64,000 nt of DNA, taken from IMG/VR virus record IMGVR_UViG_3300023174_003694, positions 981 through 64,980 of that record. One strand, 5' to 3'. A program made the position numbers and the translations under genes. Under the pieces are notes generated by a model. The model was not told the DNA's origin. It was given only the letters and a program-made list of their open reading frames with translations, and did not search any database. This document shows positions 48,213 through 58,244 of the stretch, piece after piece (within the stretch, counting starts at the first letter, position 1; the number at the start of each line of letters is the position of its first letter). The stretch is from a virus.

Positions 48213-48595
48213 TGAAAAATCAATTCAAAGTTGCAAAATACGAAAAGACAGATGAAGGTTTTAAACACCTTGGATACGATGAGTATGTAATAGAATATCT
48301 TAAAGGCAAAAAGCCTCATCAAATTAGAATTGTCGTGAATGGAATTTTATCTACTAAAACTATTAATTTAGTTGATTGTCATTCAGGTTACAAAAACCAA
48401 ATCTTATCAGCGATAAGTGAAATAAAAAACGACAAGATTAAATCAAAGGATATAGTTTCTTGCAAGAAAAAGGTAACATTAAGTTACATAGGTACTTTCT
48501 ATAGCAAATTGATTGTTAAAAACGTTAAGAACTATTTAATAGGAATTAACAAAGAAGAAAGACGAGACACTCTAACTAAATTCGAATTAATTTAG
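48212..48595 (+). CDS. hypothetical protein
   Basis: 127-aa ORF. Confidence 0.3.
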   Translation: MKNQFKVAKYEKTDEGFKHLGYDEYVIEYLKGKKPHQIRIVVNGILSTKTINLVDCHSGYKNQILSAISEIKNDKIKSKDIVSCKKKVTLSYIGTFYSKLIVKNVKNYLIGINKEERRDTLTKFELI

Positions 48596-48647
48596 GTTCT
48601 ACCAAAAGAAAATCTTATATTTATATCCAATTAAAAATTAACAAATA

Positions 48648-49745
48648 ATGAGCGTAATTCAATCAGGCACAAAGTATTCATTTGCCAACATCACAGACAC
48701 TTTTACGACCTTGCCAAAAGGTAATTATCTTTTAAAATTTGATCCTAGAGAAGGATTCTTTTTAGAAAAGAAAGATGCATTTGTTCTTCCTAAGAAAATT
48801 TATGGAGACCAATCTATTATCAAAAGATGGATGACATCTTGGAAAACAAACTCTTCAAAGAATTTAGGTATTCTTTTAGCAGGAGTGAAAGGTTCTGGAA
48901 AGACAATCACTGCGCAGAAGTTTTGTGTGGAATCTGGATTACCAGTAATTATCATTAATGAAGTATTTCAAGGAAGTGATTTCATAGACTTTATTACTTC
49001 GCCTAAATTAGGAGAATGTATTATCTTTTTAGATGAGTTTGAAAAAATGTATTCTAAACAAGAACATCAACAAGAGTTGCTTTCTATCATGGATGGTAAT
49101 TACTCTACCAAGTTGATTTTCCTTTTAACTGTTAATGAAGATAGACTTAATGACTATTTGGTTAATAGATTGAATAGAATTAAATACTGTAAAACGTATT
49201 ATGATTTAGACGTTGATACTATCAATTCAGTTATTGATGATATGTTGGTTAATAAAAATCACGCTCAATCAATTCATACCTTCTTTGAAAAAGTCAATTT
49301 AAGAACATTCGATTTACTTGTTAATTTAATCAAGGAAATGAATTTGTTCAATGAAGATGCTTTGGAATGTGGTAGTCACTTAAATTTAAAGCCTCATAAC
49401 AAAACTTATGAAGTTTATGAAATCTTTGGCGGAAAAGAATATCCTTGCTATTCTTCTAACTTCTTCCCAGGATTGGAATATTTAGAAGTTGAAAGAAAGT
49501 CTTTGGAGTATTTACCTGACAATAAAACTGGTAAGTTAATATCACCTTCTTATGAAGAAGATCCTTTAGCATATGAAATGGGAGATGAAGTTGAAGAATA
49601 TAATCCAAGCAGAACTTGGTCTGTGAGATTAGCTGTTGCTGATTGTAAAGTTGTAAAGAATGGTAATATAATCTTAATTAAAGATCCTTCAGGATTAGAA
49701 TTTAGATTGAGAGAGCAAAAATTTAATTTTTCATTAGTATTTTAG
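48648..49745 (+). CDS. P-loop NTPase (AAA-like ATPase)
   Basis: Walker A GILLAGVKGSGKTITA. Walker B IIFLDEFEK. Confidence 0.5.
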   Translation: MSVIQSGTKYSFANITDTFTTLPKGNYLLKFDPREGFFLEKKDAFVLPKKIYGDQSIIKRWMTSWKTNSSKNLGILLAGVKGSGKTITAQKFCVESGLPVIIINEVFQGSDFIDFITSPKLGECIIFLDEFEKMYSKQEHQQELLSIMDGNYSTKLIFLLTVNEDRLNDYLVNRLNRIKYCKTYYDLDVDTINSVIDDMLVNKNHAQSIHTFFEKVNLRTFDLLVNLIKEMNLFNEDALECGSHLNLKPHNKTYEVYEIFGGKEYPCYSSNFFPGLEYLEVERKSLEYLPDNKTGKLISPSYEEDPLAYEMGDEVEEYNPSRTWSVRLAVADCKVVKNGNIILIKDPSGLEFRLREQKFNFSLVF

Positions 49746-49991
49746 ATGAAAAAAGATAAAAAGAAAAATATTGATTTATATGACAGAAAAGCTGCTTTTG
49801 CAGAATTAAAGCAGTTCTGTCATTTAGCCAAAGAACATGACTTTGTCGAAGTCACTGAATGGAATAATGGTGAAGGATTTGATATCAATGTAAGCAGTAC
49901 TGTCGACAGTGTTATGTCTGTTACCTATGGGCAATTTAAAGCAATTAAAACATTAATTAAAAAGCTAGAAGAAAGATATGAAACGTTATAA
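49746..49991 (+). CDS. hypothetical protein
   Basis: 81-aa ORF. Confidence 0.3.
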   Translation: MKKDKKKNIDLYDRKAAFAELKQFCHLAKEHDFVEVTEWNNGEGFDINVSSTVDSVMSVTYGQFKAIKTLIKKLEERYETL

Positions 49992-50009
49992 TTTAGCATT
50001 AAATTTATA

Positions 50010-50213
50010 ATGAAACAGTTATTAATTTTATTCATATCTTTATTCTTATTGTCTTGTTCAGTAGAACAAAGAATTAAAGAACATAGTTATACCAAAGAGT
50101 GGTACTATACTAAAGAGATGAGATATCAAGTTTATAAAACTAAAGCAGGTACCAAATACATTATTGTCTTAAATAAAAGACAAACTAGATTTAAACGACA
50201 ATACATAAAATAA
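50010..50213 (+). CDS. small lipoprotein
   Basis: Signal peptide MKQLLILFISLFLLSCSV with lipobox LLSC. Confidence 0.4.
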   Translation: MKQLLILFISLFLLSCSVEQRIKEHSYTKEWYYTKEMRYQVYKTKAGTKYIIVLNKRQTRFKRQYIK

Positions 50214-50908
50214 TGAAAATAACATTAATATCTGATACTCATACAAGACATCATGAAATAACAAATGACCTTCCGGGAGGAGATTTGCTTATTCATTCAG
50301 GTGACCTTATGAACTCAGGACGCAATATAGAAGATATCAAATCATTTTGTAAATGGTTTGACTCGTTAGATCGATACACTCACAAAGTATTTATTGCTGG
50401 AAATCATGATAGAATGTTTCAAGACGATTATCACGGTGCTATGGAAATAGTAAATTCATATAAAAACATTACATATCTTCAAGACTCTTGGGTTGAAGTA
50501 GGAGATGATAATGAAAAATGTAAAATTTACGGGTCTCCTTGGCAACCTTGGTTTTATGATTGGGCTTTCAATCTTCAAAGAAACTCTATAGGTTTAGCTG
50601 CAAAGTGGGAAGCAATTCCAGAAGATACTGATATAGTTGTTACTCATGGACCGGCATACGGTATGGTAGATACAGTGGCAGGACGCCAATATGACAATTT
50701 AGGTTGTGAGTTATTAAGAGAGCGATTAGACTTAATCAAACCTTCTATTCATACCTGCGGTCATATTCATACAGGATATGGATACACATTTAATGAAGGA
50801 ACTCACTATTTCAATGCTTCAGTGTTAGATGAAAGATATGAGTATGAGCAAAAGCCAAAGACATTTGATTGGGATAAGGAAACAAACACAGTAACTTTAT
50901 TAAATTAA
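50213..50908 (+). CDS. calcineurin-like metallophosphoesterase
   Basis: LISDTH, GDLMNSG, GNHD, VTHGP and CGHIH are the five conserved phosphoesterase motifs, in order. Confidence 0.75.
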   Translation: MKITLISDTHTRHHEITNDLPGGDLLIHSGDLMNSGRNIEDIKSFCKWFDSLDRYTHKVFIAGNHDRMFQDDYHGAMEIVNSYKNITYLQDSWVEVGDDNEKCKIYGSPWQPWFYDWAFNLQRNSIGLAAKWEAIPEDTDIVVTHGPAYGMVDTVAGRQYDNLGCELLRERLDLIKPSIHTCGHIHTGYGYTFNEGTHYFNASVLDERYEYEQKPKTFDWDKETNTVTLLN

Positions 50909-50963
50909 TGTGATTTATTTAAAATACGATATTTATTTAAAAATAATAATCTAATCATATCGT

Positions 50964-52001
50964 ATGAAATCAACTCAACTTAATATTTTACGAAACTTAA
51001 TTCGTGAAGAAGTTAAGAAGTCTTTGGCAGCCAAAGCTCCTATCAATGAAGCGTTTGCGTCTCCTATCTTAAGAAGACTTTTAGCTCAAAAAACTTATAG
51101 AGCGACTATCGCTCCAGCTTTCCAAAAAATGGCTCAAATTGCTTTAGATAAAGTAACAGACGCAGCTATTACTAAAATGGACCCAACTTCTGCTTACAAA
51201 GAACTTAAAAAAGCAGGTAGAAAAGTAGTCGTATTTTACGTTTCAGAAAAAGGAACTACTAACAGCTATGCAAAAGATGCTTATTATCAAAAAATTGAAC
51301 CAGGTACTGTGTTAGGACTTGCTTCAGGCGATAATAAATTCTTTGATGTAAATTACATTAGATACGGAGACGATAAAGGTAAGCGAACTATGAGTACTGG
51401 CGCAGGAGGAGACTCTATTGGTGTTCAAAAAACAGGATCAGGATATGGATCGACAGGATTATATAATGTTAAACGCGTAGCTGAAGTAGCTGACACTGCT
51501 TATGTAATTGATTTAGAAATGTTAAAAGATAAAGGATTAAGTACTTCATCTTTAGCATCACAAAGAGCAATGGCTAAAAGAGGAGCTATAGCATTTAAAT
51601 CAGATGAACAATTCAAAAGAGAAAATTTAGCTAGATATAAAGAAGCTTTGCAAGGTAGAGCAGCTAAAGGAGATGTAGACAGAATGGTGTTAGAAGCTAT
51701 TAATCAAGTAACTAAACAAATATCCGCAGCCGTTGCTGGTAAATCATTATCTCAATATGGAGATGTTCTTATTGGTAAAAGTCCAAAAGGTAGAGATGTA
51801 ACTGCATCAGATGCGTCTAATGCATTGAATAGATTACTTCAACAATTTGCTACATATTCATCTTCTAAAATAGAGTTAGAAAAATCTGCAGCTGGCGATC
51901 CTAATTATCGTTCTAGCTATGCAGAAACTAGATTAAAAGAAGCTGCGTTGGAAATTAAAACGCAATGTATCAAAATCAATAAATTAGATTACGGCTGGTA
52001 A
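50964..52001 (+). CDS. leader-B family protein (MKSTQLNILRNLIREEVKK)
   Basis: N-terminal leader-B motif with LIRE. 345 aa. The rest is Ala/Lys-rich. Confidence 0.4.
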   Translation: MKSTQLNILRNLIREEVKKSLAAKAPINEAFASPILRRLLAQKTYRATIAPAFQKMAQIALDKVTDAAITKMDPTSAYKELKKAGRKVVVFYVSEKGTTNSYAKDAYYQKIEPGTVLGLASGDNKFFDVNYIRYGDDKGKRTMSTGAGGDSIGVQKTGSGYGSTGLYNVKRVAEVADTAYVIDLEMLKDKGLSTSSLASQRAMAKRGAIAFKSDEQFKRENLARYKEALQGRAAKGDVDRMVLEAINQVTKQISAAVAGKSLSQYGDVLIGKSPKGRDVTASDASNALNRLLQQFATYSSSKIELEKSAAGDPNYRSSYAETRLKEAALEIKTQCIKINKLDYGW

Positions 52002-52010
52002 TCATAACTA

Positions 52011-52343
52011 ATGAAAAGACTCATAAACGATCATCTTAAGTATATCATCAGACAGGAAATTAAAAATGCCTTGACTGAAAATAAAATGCAAATTGGGAAT
52101 GGGCAATATTCTGTGCGTGTAATTACGGATAGAAAAGGATTGGCATTGTCATTTTTGCCTGATTCTAAAACTTTAGATATTCCTGTAAATACTCAGGTAG
52201 ATGCTATTAATGATTTACTTAAGAAAAAGCTAGGTGCTCTAGGCAAAGCTTTTTATTTTGAATCAGGTCATGACGCTGCAGGAAGAATATACAGATTAAA
52301 CCCGGATTTGTTCACTGATGTTCTAACTAAATTACTATCTTGA
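52011..52343 (+). CDS. hypothetical protein with a degenerate leader-B-like N-terminus (MKRLINDHLKYIIRQEI)
   Basis: IIRQE loosely resembles the leader. Confidence 0.3.
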   Translation: MKRLINDHLKYIIRQEIKNALTENKMQIGNGQYSVRVITDRKGLALSFLPDSKTLDIPVNTQVDAINDLLKKKLGALGKAFYFESGHDAAGRIYRLNPDLFTDVLTKLLS

Positions 52344-52386
52344 TATAAGTGGAAGATCCAACAGTTCCGATAACATACCTTCAAAT

Positions 52387-52421
52387 AGGTATATTCGTTT
52401 TGGGAGGTATATTATTCGTTT
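52387..52421 (+). repeat. short tandem direct repeat AGGTATATT(AT)TCGTTT x2 in an intergenic region
   Basis: aggtatattcgttt-tggg-aggtatattattcgttt, immediately upstream of gene 52451. Confidence 0.4.
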
Positions 52422-52450
52422 ATGAATGGCGAGTTAATAAAAAATAAATT

Positions 52451-52990
52451 ATGAAAGTATCAGAATTAAGACAATTAATAAAGGAACAGGTAACGCAAGT
52501 ACTTGCAGAATCAATCAATGAAGCTTTCGGCGTAGTTGATATTAAAGATATTCACTTTGAAACCGATCCAGTTAAAGCAGAAACTCTTAAAAAAGCTTAT
52601 GGTAAATCAACCGGAGAGATGTTTCCTTCTAAACAAATAGAGTCTGCAAATTATGCTTTAGCAAAATTTAGAAAGCAAATTAAATATGACAATGGTAAAT
52701 CAGGTCCAGCTGGGTCTACTGATGTATTTATTCCAGGTTCTTCAATGGCAGCATTTTCTACAATGGGAGATGGGCCTCATAAAAAAGCAGTTAGTCGTAA
52801 GACATGGAACCAAAGAGAATATGACAAATGGATTAAATCAATGGCTGGAGATGGCGGTGCAGAAAATGCTTACGATATGGCACAAAATGCTAAACATGAA
52901 CCAGGCTTAATTGATTGGGTAAAAAGAAATGCAGTAAATGGCGAAACTCCATTGGAAAGAATTCAATACGATATCGAAGCTTATACATAA
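52451..52990 (+). CDS. leader-B family protein (MKVSELRQLIKEQV)
   Basis: Canonical leader. Followed by a terminator hairpin at 52999..53024. Confidence 0.4.
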   Translation: MKVSELRQLIKEQVTQVLAESINEAFGVVDIKDIHFETDPVKAETLKKAYGKSTGEMFPSKQIESANYALAKFRKQIKYDNGKSGPAGSTDVFIPGSSMAAFSTMGDGPHKKAVSRKTWNQREYDKWIKSMAGDGGAENAYDMAQNAKHEPGLIDWVKRNAVNGETPLERIQYDIEAYT

Positions 52991-52998
52991 TATAAAGA

Positions 52999-53024
52999 AA
53001 GCTAGACATTAGTCTAGCTTTTCT
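52999..53024 (+). terminator. rho-independent terminator
   Basis: AAGCTAGAC-atta-GTCTAGCTT followed by TTCT, after 52451..52990. Confidence 0.6.
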
Positions 53025-53068
53025 ACTGATTTATCCGTACTTGATATTTATTATTAAATAAAGTTTAC

Positions 53069-53731
53069 ATGGGCAAATTTGGAGAATACAAAGGACTACA
53101 AATATTGGAAAGTCAGATTAGGTATGCTATGGATAATACCTCTTCTAATTCAGAGGCTGCTAAATGGCTTCACATTTCATTTTCTACATGGAAGAAATAT
53201 GCATCTATGTATATTGATGAACCTACAGGAAAGACTTTGTTTACACTACATAAAGAAACTGGGTTTGCAAAAAGATTAGTACTTCCACAAACAAGATATA
53301 GAAGAAAAGCCTCTGCTCCTTGGGCATTTCAACCTACGCCAATTCAAGAAGTGTTTGATAATAAACATCCTAAATACTCTTTGAATAGATTTAAGGAGCG
53401 TTTAATCAAAGAAGGTCATATAGAAGAAAGGTGTTCGTGCTGTGGGTTTCAAGAACGAAGGGAACACGACTATGATATGCCGTTGAAAATGCATTGGATA
53501 GACGGAAACAAAGCAAACTACGCTTTGGCTAATATACAGCTGCTTTGCTTTAATTGCTACTTTCTTAATGTAGGAAATCCTTTCGGTGGAAAGGAAAGAC
53601 AATATTACATAGATGAAAGCACAGGAGAACCTGTTCCTGTGCGTGGAGATAGAAAGTCTTTAAAAGAACAAATTATAAAGACTGGACCTCGCTATTATCG
53701 AGACAAGCTTGTTCCTCCTTCTTCTGAGTAA
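53069..53731 (+). CDS. HNH homing endonuclease
   Basis: CSCCGF...HDYDMPLKMHWIDGNKANYALANIQLLCFNCY gives the CxxC...H...N...H...CxxC HNH arrangement. Confidence 0.7.
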   Translation: MGKFGEYKGLQILESQIRYAMDNTSSNSEAAKWLHISFSTWKKYASMYIDEPTGKTLFTLHKETGFAKRLVLPQTRYRRKASAPWAFQPTPIQEVFDNKHPKYSLNRFKERLIKEGHIEERCSCCGFQERREHDYDMPLKMHWIDGNKANYALANIQLLCFNCYFLNVGNPFGGKERQYYIDESTGEPVPVRGDRKSLKEQIIKTGPRYYRDKLVPPSSE

Positions 53732-53893
53732 GTAGAAACTCTTCATATTGGAAATATTCATCCCAAAATTGATTTGCATTTTCTTCTTCAAAGAATCCTA
53801 TAGATTCTAAATAACGTTTAGTATAACTCATAATTTCTTTATTTGTCTAAATATAAGTATTTCTTATGAATTGATAATTATTATAAAGAAAAT

Positions 53894-54397
53894 ATGTCAT
53901 TATTAGACTCCTTAAAGAATTTAAGACCTGCAGAAAGGTTCAAAGCCTTTTTGATAGTAGTCTTGTTATCATCAATCACTCCATTAGCTACTATATACTT
54001 AAAAACTGATGATTGTAAAGGAATTTCAACTCAGTATGAAAGTTTAGTTGATAATCATACTAAATTAATGGAAACTAATAATAAAATAATTCAAGATAAT
54101 ACTTCGAAAACAGAAGCTATCAGAAGATTAGATTCTATTTTAGTTGCATTTTCTCAACAAAAAGCAATCGTGGCAACTCGAGTAGAGCAAATACCAGTTA
54201 AACAACAAAATCAAGTTGTAGTAAATGATGCTGGAATGGGAGGAACGGGAGAAGTTGCATTAGCTAAAAGTGTAATTGAAGAACCAGAACCTAAAGTATT
54301 AATTGTTAAATCGACTACAACGACAGAATTAAATAAAACACAAAAAGATTTAGTTCAGTGTGCATTGAAAATCACAAACGAATACAAAAATGATTAA
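53894..54397 (+). CDS. membrane-anchored hypothetical protein; first gene of the leader-A array
   Basis: TM FKAFLIVVLLSSITPLATIYL. Its stop codon (GAT TAA) lies inside the ATGATTAAAC leader-coding start of the next gene. Confidence 0.35.
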   Translation: MSLLDSLKNLRPAERFKAFLIVVLLSSITPLATIYLKTDDCKGISTQYESLVDNHTKLMETNNKIIQDNTSKTEAIRRLDSILVAFSQQKAIVATRVEQIPVKQQNQVVVNDAGMGGTGEVALAKSVIEEPEPKVLIVKSTTTTELNKTQKDLVQCALKITNEYKND

Positions 54398-55208
54398 ACT
54401 TAAAGATATATTAACAGAATTAAAGTCTATACAAAACATAGATAAGGTTGATACTACTAAACCATATTCCATAATATGGAACAATGGAGATTTAGTTGCT
54501 ATGTCTCCGGGTGCTATGCCTCCTATGTCTTTAGGTAAGATGTTTCCGATGATGGTTGAGCCTTCTAAGAAAATAGTTAAGCTGCAAGACTATGACGATT
54601 GGTCTAGCTTCAAAGACATTTTGAAAATGCAACAAGCTGTTAAAGATATGCTTAAAGCTAAATTAATTGATATGACCTGGAAGATTGATATTCCAATGTC
54701 TGATGTAAAAAAGAATATTGGTTCATTGAAAATTGCAGAGTTTTTAAAATACAATGCTACATTTTCAAACACAATACCAAAAGCATTTCACGGAACCACT
54801 GATAAAGAATTAGCGTCTATTCAAAAGATAGGTATTGCTCCTCCGTCTAAAACAGATCAAGAAATTCTAAAATGGGATCAATTCTATGGAGAAGATTCAA
54901 AAGATAAAACATATTGGTCAATTGATTTTGATCGTGCTAAGTATTATGCGGAGCATGCTGTTGGATTATATGATAGAATGGGAATAAAAGCAAAGCCTAT
55001 TGTAATTGAAATAAACAATTGGCCAATGTCAATAACAACTGCAGACGATGACTTTCAATCTAATATGAGTATGATTCAAATGTTAGCTGTAATGCAACAT
55101 GGTAAGTTAGATAACACATCAGCTATTCAATCAATTAGAATGACTTCGCAATTTGCTATTAAAGGAAGAGTGCCAGCTTCTAAAATCGTAAAAATATATA
55201 AAGTATGA
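54390..55208 (+). CDS. leader-A family protein (MIKLKDILTE); weak diphtheria-toxin-like H-G-T motif
   Basis: N-terminal MIKLKDILTEL. AFHGTTDKELASIQKIGI resembles the ADP-ribosyltransferase H-Y-E class YHGT block. YY dyad at AKYYAEH. Low confidence for the fold. Confidence 0.3.
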   Translation: MIKLKDILTELKSIQNIDKVDTTKPYSIIWNNGDLVAMSPGAMPPMSLGKMFPMMVEPSKKIVKLQDYDDWSSFKDILKMQQAVKDMLKAKLIDMTWKIDIPMSDVKKNIGSLKIAEFLKYNATFSNTIPKAFHGTTDKELASIQKIGIAPPSKTDQEILKWDQFYGEDSKDKTYWSIDFDRAKYYAEHAVGLYDRMGIKAKPIVIEINNWPMSITTADDDFQSNMSMIQMLAVMQHGKLDNTSAIQSIRMTSQFAIKGRVPASKIVKIYKV

Positions 55209-55792
55209 TAAAACTTAAAGACTTACTTTCTGAAGCTTGTTGGAAAGGATATAAACAAATTGGAATGAAAAAGAAAGGTAAAAGACAAGTGCCTAATTGC
55301 GTTCCAGTAGATGAAGAAATAGTAACAGAAGTGGGAGAAGGTTCTGTTAAACCTTATAAATTTGAAGAAGTTGATCAAGAAGGTAGATTTGTATACATTC
55401 GATTTACTACAGATAAAGGTACTGAATATGAAGTAGATTTAGAATCCATGGAATATCCAGACCCAGACGATGAAGATATGAATGTAGCTGCTATGGGAAT
55501 TGAATTTTTAGCAAAGCAAAAAGGAAAAGACGGATATTCTTCTAAAATAACTACTAATGAAGGAGATATCTTCAAAGTTATGTCTACAGTGTCTGATATA
55601 ATAAAAAAATATCTTAAAAAGCGTATATTCTCGGATGTTGAATATTTAATATACACTCCGTCAAAGAAGCCTGATCAAGGTTCTTCTAAAAACCAAAGAG
55701 ATATGTTGTATAGAAAGTTCATTACACATAACTTTTCAGGAGCTAAATTTATTACCGATTCAAATGGCTGGATTGTCGCTAAAATAAAATAA
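55205..55792 (+). CDS. leader-A family protein (MIKLKDLLSEA)
   Basis: Leader plus ATGA coupling to the upstream gene. Acidic stretch DPDDEDM. Confidence 0.35.
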   Translation: MIKLKDLLSEACWKGYKQIGMKKKGKRQVPNCVPVDEEIVTEVGEGSVKPYKFEEVDQEGRFVYIRFTTDKGTEYEVDLESMEYPDPDDEDMNVAAMGIEFLAKQKGKDGYSSKITTNEGDIFKVMSTVSDIIKKYLKKRIFSDVEYLIYTPSKKPDQGSSKNQRDMLYRKFITHNFSGAKFITDSNGWIVAKIK

Positions 55793-55793
55793 G

Positions 55794-56552
55794 ATGATTA
55801 AATTAAAAGATTTATTAAACGAGTTAGACTTCGGCAAATTTCCATTTACAGACCCAGACGCAGTACAATTAGGTATGATGGAGAAAATGTCTTTGGAAAG
55901 ATTAATTGACAAATACAAATATGTCACAGAACCTAATACCAAAGATGAGCAGAAACTCTTGAAAGATTTAAGTAAGTATTTCGAAAATGAAGAGAATACA
56001 GTGCAAGTTTCAGGATTGAAAGCTCTTTTAGCCGTTAAATCTAAATTTCCGGGTATACTTGACCCTGCTGAAGATGAAGATAATTCTTATGTATATCGAG
56101 GCACTTCAATGCCAATATCAGAGATCTTGAAATACAATTGGGATACATTTCAAAATTCATATAATGGAACTTCATGTGAATGTAAAGGTCCTGTAATGAT
56201 GTCTGCTAAAGGAGACAGAGGGTTTTCTTCATTTTCAGTATTTGAAGACACTGCTATTGACTTTGCTTATGAGCAATACATAGATTTTCCAGCATACTAC
56301 CGTCAAAAGAATTTAGTGCCTGTAGTTACCTCTGTATACATTTCAGAGCCTAACGCTTTATTTAATCCTAAATTTTCTAAAATATTTAACATACACGGTA
56401 ATGAAGGAGAAGTTTTATTAATAGGAACAAAATATAAATCTCCTAAAACTACATTGAAGTTTTTAGATGATTTATTTGATAACGTTAAAGACGCGGGAGA
56501 GTTAGGACCTGAATGGCAAGCTCTAGCTAAACATCTTAAAATTGAATTGTAA
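55794..56552 (+). CDS. leader-A family putative mono-ADP-ribosyltransferase (R-S-E class, T4 Alt/Mod-like)
   Basis: MIKLKDLLNEL leader. Arg motif YVYRGTSMP, then STS motif GFSSFSVF about 43 aa later, then EGE catalytic motif HGNEGEVLLIG about 57 aa after that. Order and spacing fit R-S-EXE ARTs. Confidence 0.5.
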   Translation: MIKLKDLLNELDFGKFPFTDPDAVQLGMMEKMSLERLIDKYKYVTEPNTKDEQKLLKDLSKYFENEENTVQVSGLKALLAVKSKFPGILDPAEDEDNSYVYRGTSMPISEILKYNWDTFQNSYNGTSCECKGPVMMSAKGDRGFSSFSVFEDTAIDFAYEQYIDFPAYYRQKNLVPVVTSVYISEPNALFNPKFSKIFNIHGNEGEVLLIGTKYKSPKTTLKFLDDLFDNVKDAGELGPEWQALAKHLKIEL

Positions 56553-56643
56553 TGGTATATTTTTTACTTTGGATGGCATATGAATTTATAAGACCAAAAT
56601 TAATTTGGTTATGGTATTTCTTAATTAAAAAAGGACAAGGAGA

Positions 56644-57915
56644 ATGATAAAACTTAAAAATTTACTTTTAGAAGTATATAAATTAGACGATTCTGCATTA
56701 AATGAAAACGCATTAACTGATTTATTTAAAAGTGTAAGAACTTATGGATTAGTAAATGCGGTATTAAGAAATGCAGGAACTCCTTTAGGCACCTCCTTAC
56801 TTAATGGATTTAAGACAGGAGCCGCATACAAACCAAATAAAAAAGGAGAAGTGCTTTTTAGTAAAGATGTGTCTTGGTACGACCCAGATAAAGTTCCAGG
56901 CCTAGCTAAACAAGTAGATAATGTTGAGCGTGAGTATGAAAAAGCATGGACAGGTCTTATGAATGTAAAGAAAAAATTATCTAAAAATTTAGGAACTGTA
57001 GATGTAGAAAAGATTAAATCTGGCGATGGAAAGTCTCAGATAACAAAAACTCCAGATATAATTATCAATCACAAAGAGTATCTTGAAGCTAATCTAATAT
57101 TAATGAAAGCAGAAGGTAGCAAAATATATTATTTACACAAGCTACAATTAGCTATGGGTGCTAAAGATAAAGAAAACCCGGAAGGGCTATCTGTACCTAT
57201 ATGGAATGAAAAAGGTGACTGGGTCGGCAACTCTTATGATAAAAAAGACTTATACAAAAAATATCCTAAAAATATAGTAGATGTTGCGTTTACAGACAAA
57301 CCTAAGCCTATGGGTACCAGAATTAAAGATATACAAATTTGGATCGCTGATCTAGAGAAGCAAATTAAAACTGGTGAGAAATTAACTCGAGGTGAAGAAG
57401 CTGAGGTATTAGCACAATACTTTATGCCTCCAGGAGAGGTTGATAAAATAAAAGATAAAAAAGAAGATACTTCTGCTAAGCCTTTGAAAAGTATGAGTGA
57501 TGAAGAGTTGTATAAGTCTTTAGATGATGCTAATGAGAAGCGAATGCATTGGAATGGATATAAAACAGAAAAACCCGAGCAAGCTGCTAAAGCGTTTTTA
57601 GTTTATGCTGAACATAAGTTAGAAAAGTTAATGAGAGCTAGGAAAAAAGAAAAAAATCCAGAGCAATCATTCTTTGACAATACAAGTGCTATGAAGAGGC
57701 TAGGAATTAAATCAACTAAAGACATTAAAGAGTATCCGGATTTAGAAGCAAAGATAGGTATGTCAAGTGAAGACTTATTAAATAGATACAATAAGTATGT
57801 AAATGACATGTATCGTGCTGACGAAGAGTTAGCTGGATGGCAAGATGAAATTAAAAAGAAAACGGCAGATTATAATCAAAAATATGAAACTCCATATAAA
57901 TCAATTTTAAAATGA
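56644..57915 (+). CDS. leader-A family protein (MIKLKNLLLEV), 423 aa
   Basis: Leader. No other motif recognised. Confidence 0.35.
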   Translation: MIKLKNLLLEVYKLDDSALNENALTDLFKSVRTYGLVNAVLRNAGTPLGTSLLNGFKTGAAYKPNKKGEVLFSKDVSWYDPDKVPGLAKQVDNVEREYEKAWTGLMNVKKKLSKNLGTVDVEKIKSGDGKSQITKTPDIIINHKEYLEANLILMKAEGSKIYYLHKLQLAMGAKDKENPEGLSVPIWNEKGDWVGNSYDKKDLYKKYPKNIVDVAFTDKPKPMGTRIKDIQIWIADLEKQIKTGEKLTRGEEAEVLAQYFMPPGEVDKIKDKKEDTSAKPLKSMSDEELYKSLDDANEKRMHWNGYKTEKPEQAAKAFLVYAEHKLEKLMRARKKEKNPEQSFFDNTSAMKRLGIKSTKDIKEYPDLEAKIGMSSEDLLNRYNKYVNDMYRADEELAGWQDEIKKKTADYNQKYETPYKSILK

Positions 57916-58244
57916 TAAAGCTTAAAAATATATTATCGGAAGCAGAGCCTGTAAAAGAAACAAAGGAATTTGAAGAATTTGCAGAAACTCGTATGAATGG
58001 AGCAGAGAAGATTGCAGACACTGCTCAAGAAAAAGGCGGATTAGCTTTACTAACTTGGCATCATTTTAAAGTAAAAGCTCCTTATTATAAGAAAGCTTCT
58101 GAAGGAGAGTTTGATGTAGAGCAAGCAAAAAAAGAATTTGAAGAAACTTACAAAAAGATATCTTTAAACATGACTCAAATTGAATTTCAAAGAGAGGTAG
58201 GTCGTTTAGAAGTTCTTGGAGAGCTATTAATCAAACAAAAATGA
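57912..58244 (+). CDS. leader-A family small protein (MIKLKNILSEA)
   Basis: Leader. ATGA overlap with the upstream gene. Confidence 0.35.
   Translation: MIKLKNILSEAEPVKETKEFEEFAETRMNGAEKIADTAQEKGGLALLTWHHFKVKAPYYKKASEGEFDVEQAKKEFEETYKKISLNMTQIEFQREVGRLEVLGELLIKQK

Noticed and set aside
53732-53893. 52-aa minus-strand ORF (MSYTKRYLESIGFFEEENANQFWDEY...) in the gap after the HNH gene
   Set aside because: It would be the only minus-strand gene. It overlaps the 3' end of the HNH gene and has no upstream motif. Probably chance, though the gap is otherwise unexplained.
56626-56643. Shine-Dalgarno-like AAGGACAAGGAGAATG upstream of gene 56644, and GGGAGG at 52401
   Set aside because: Isolated instances. 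Most genes have no SD, consistent with a Bacteroidetes-type host. Not treated as a regulatory feature.
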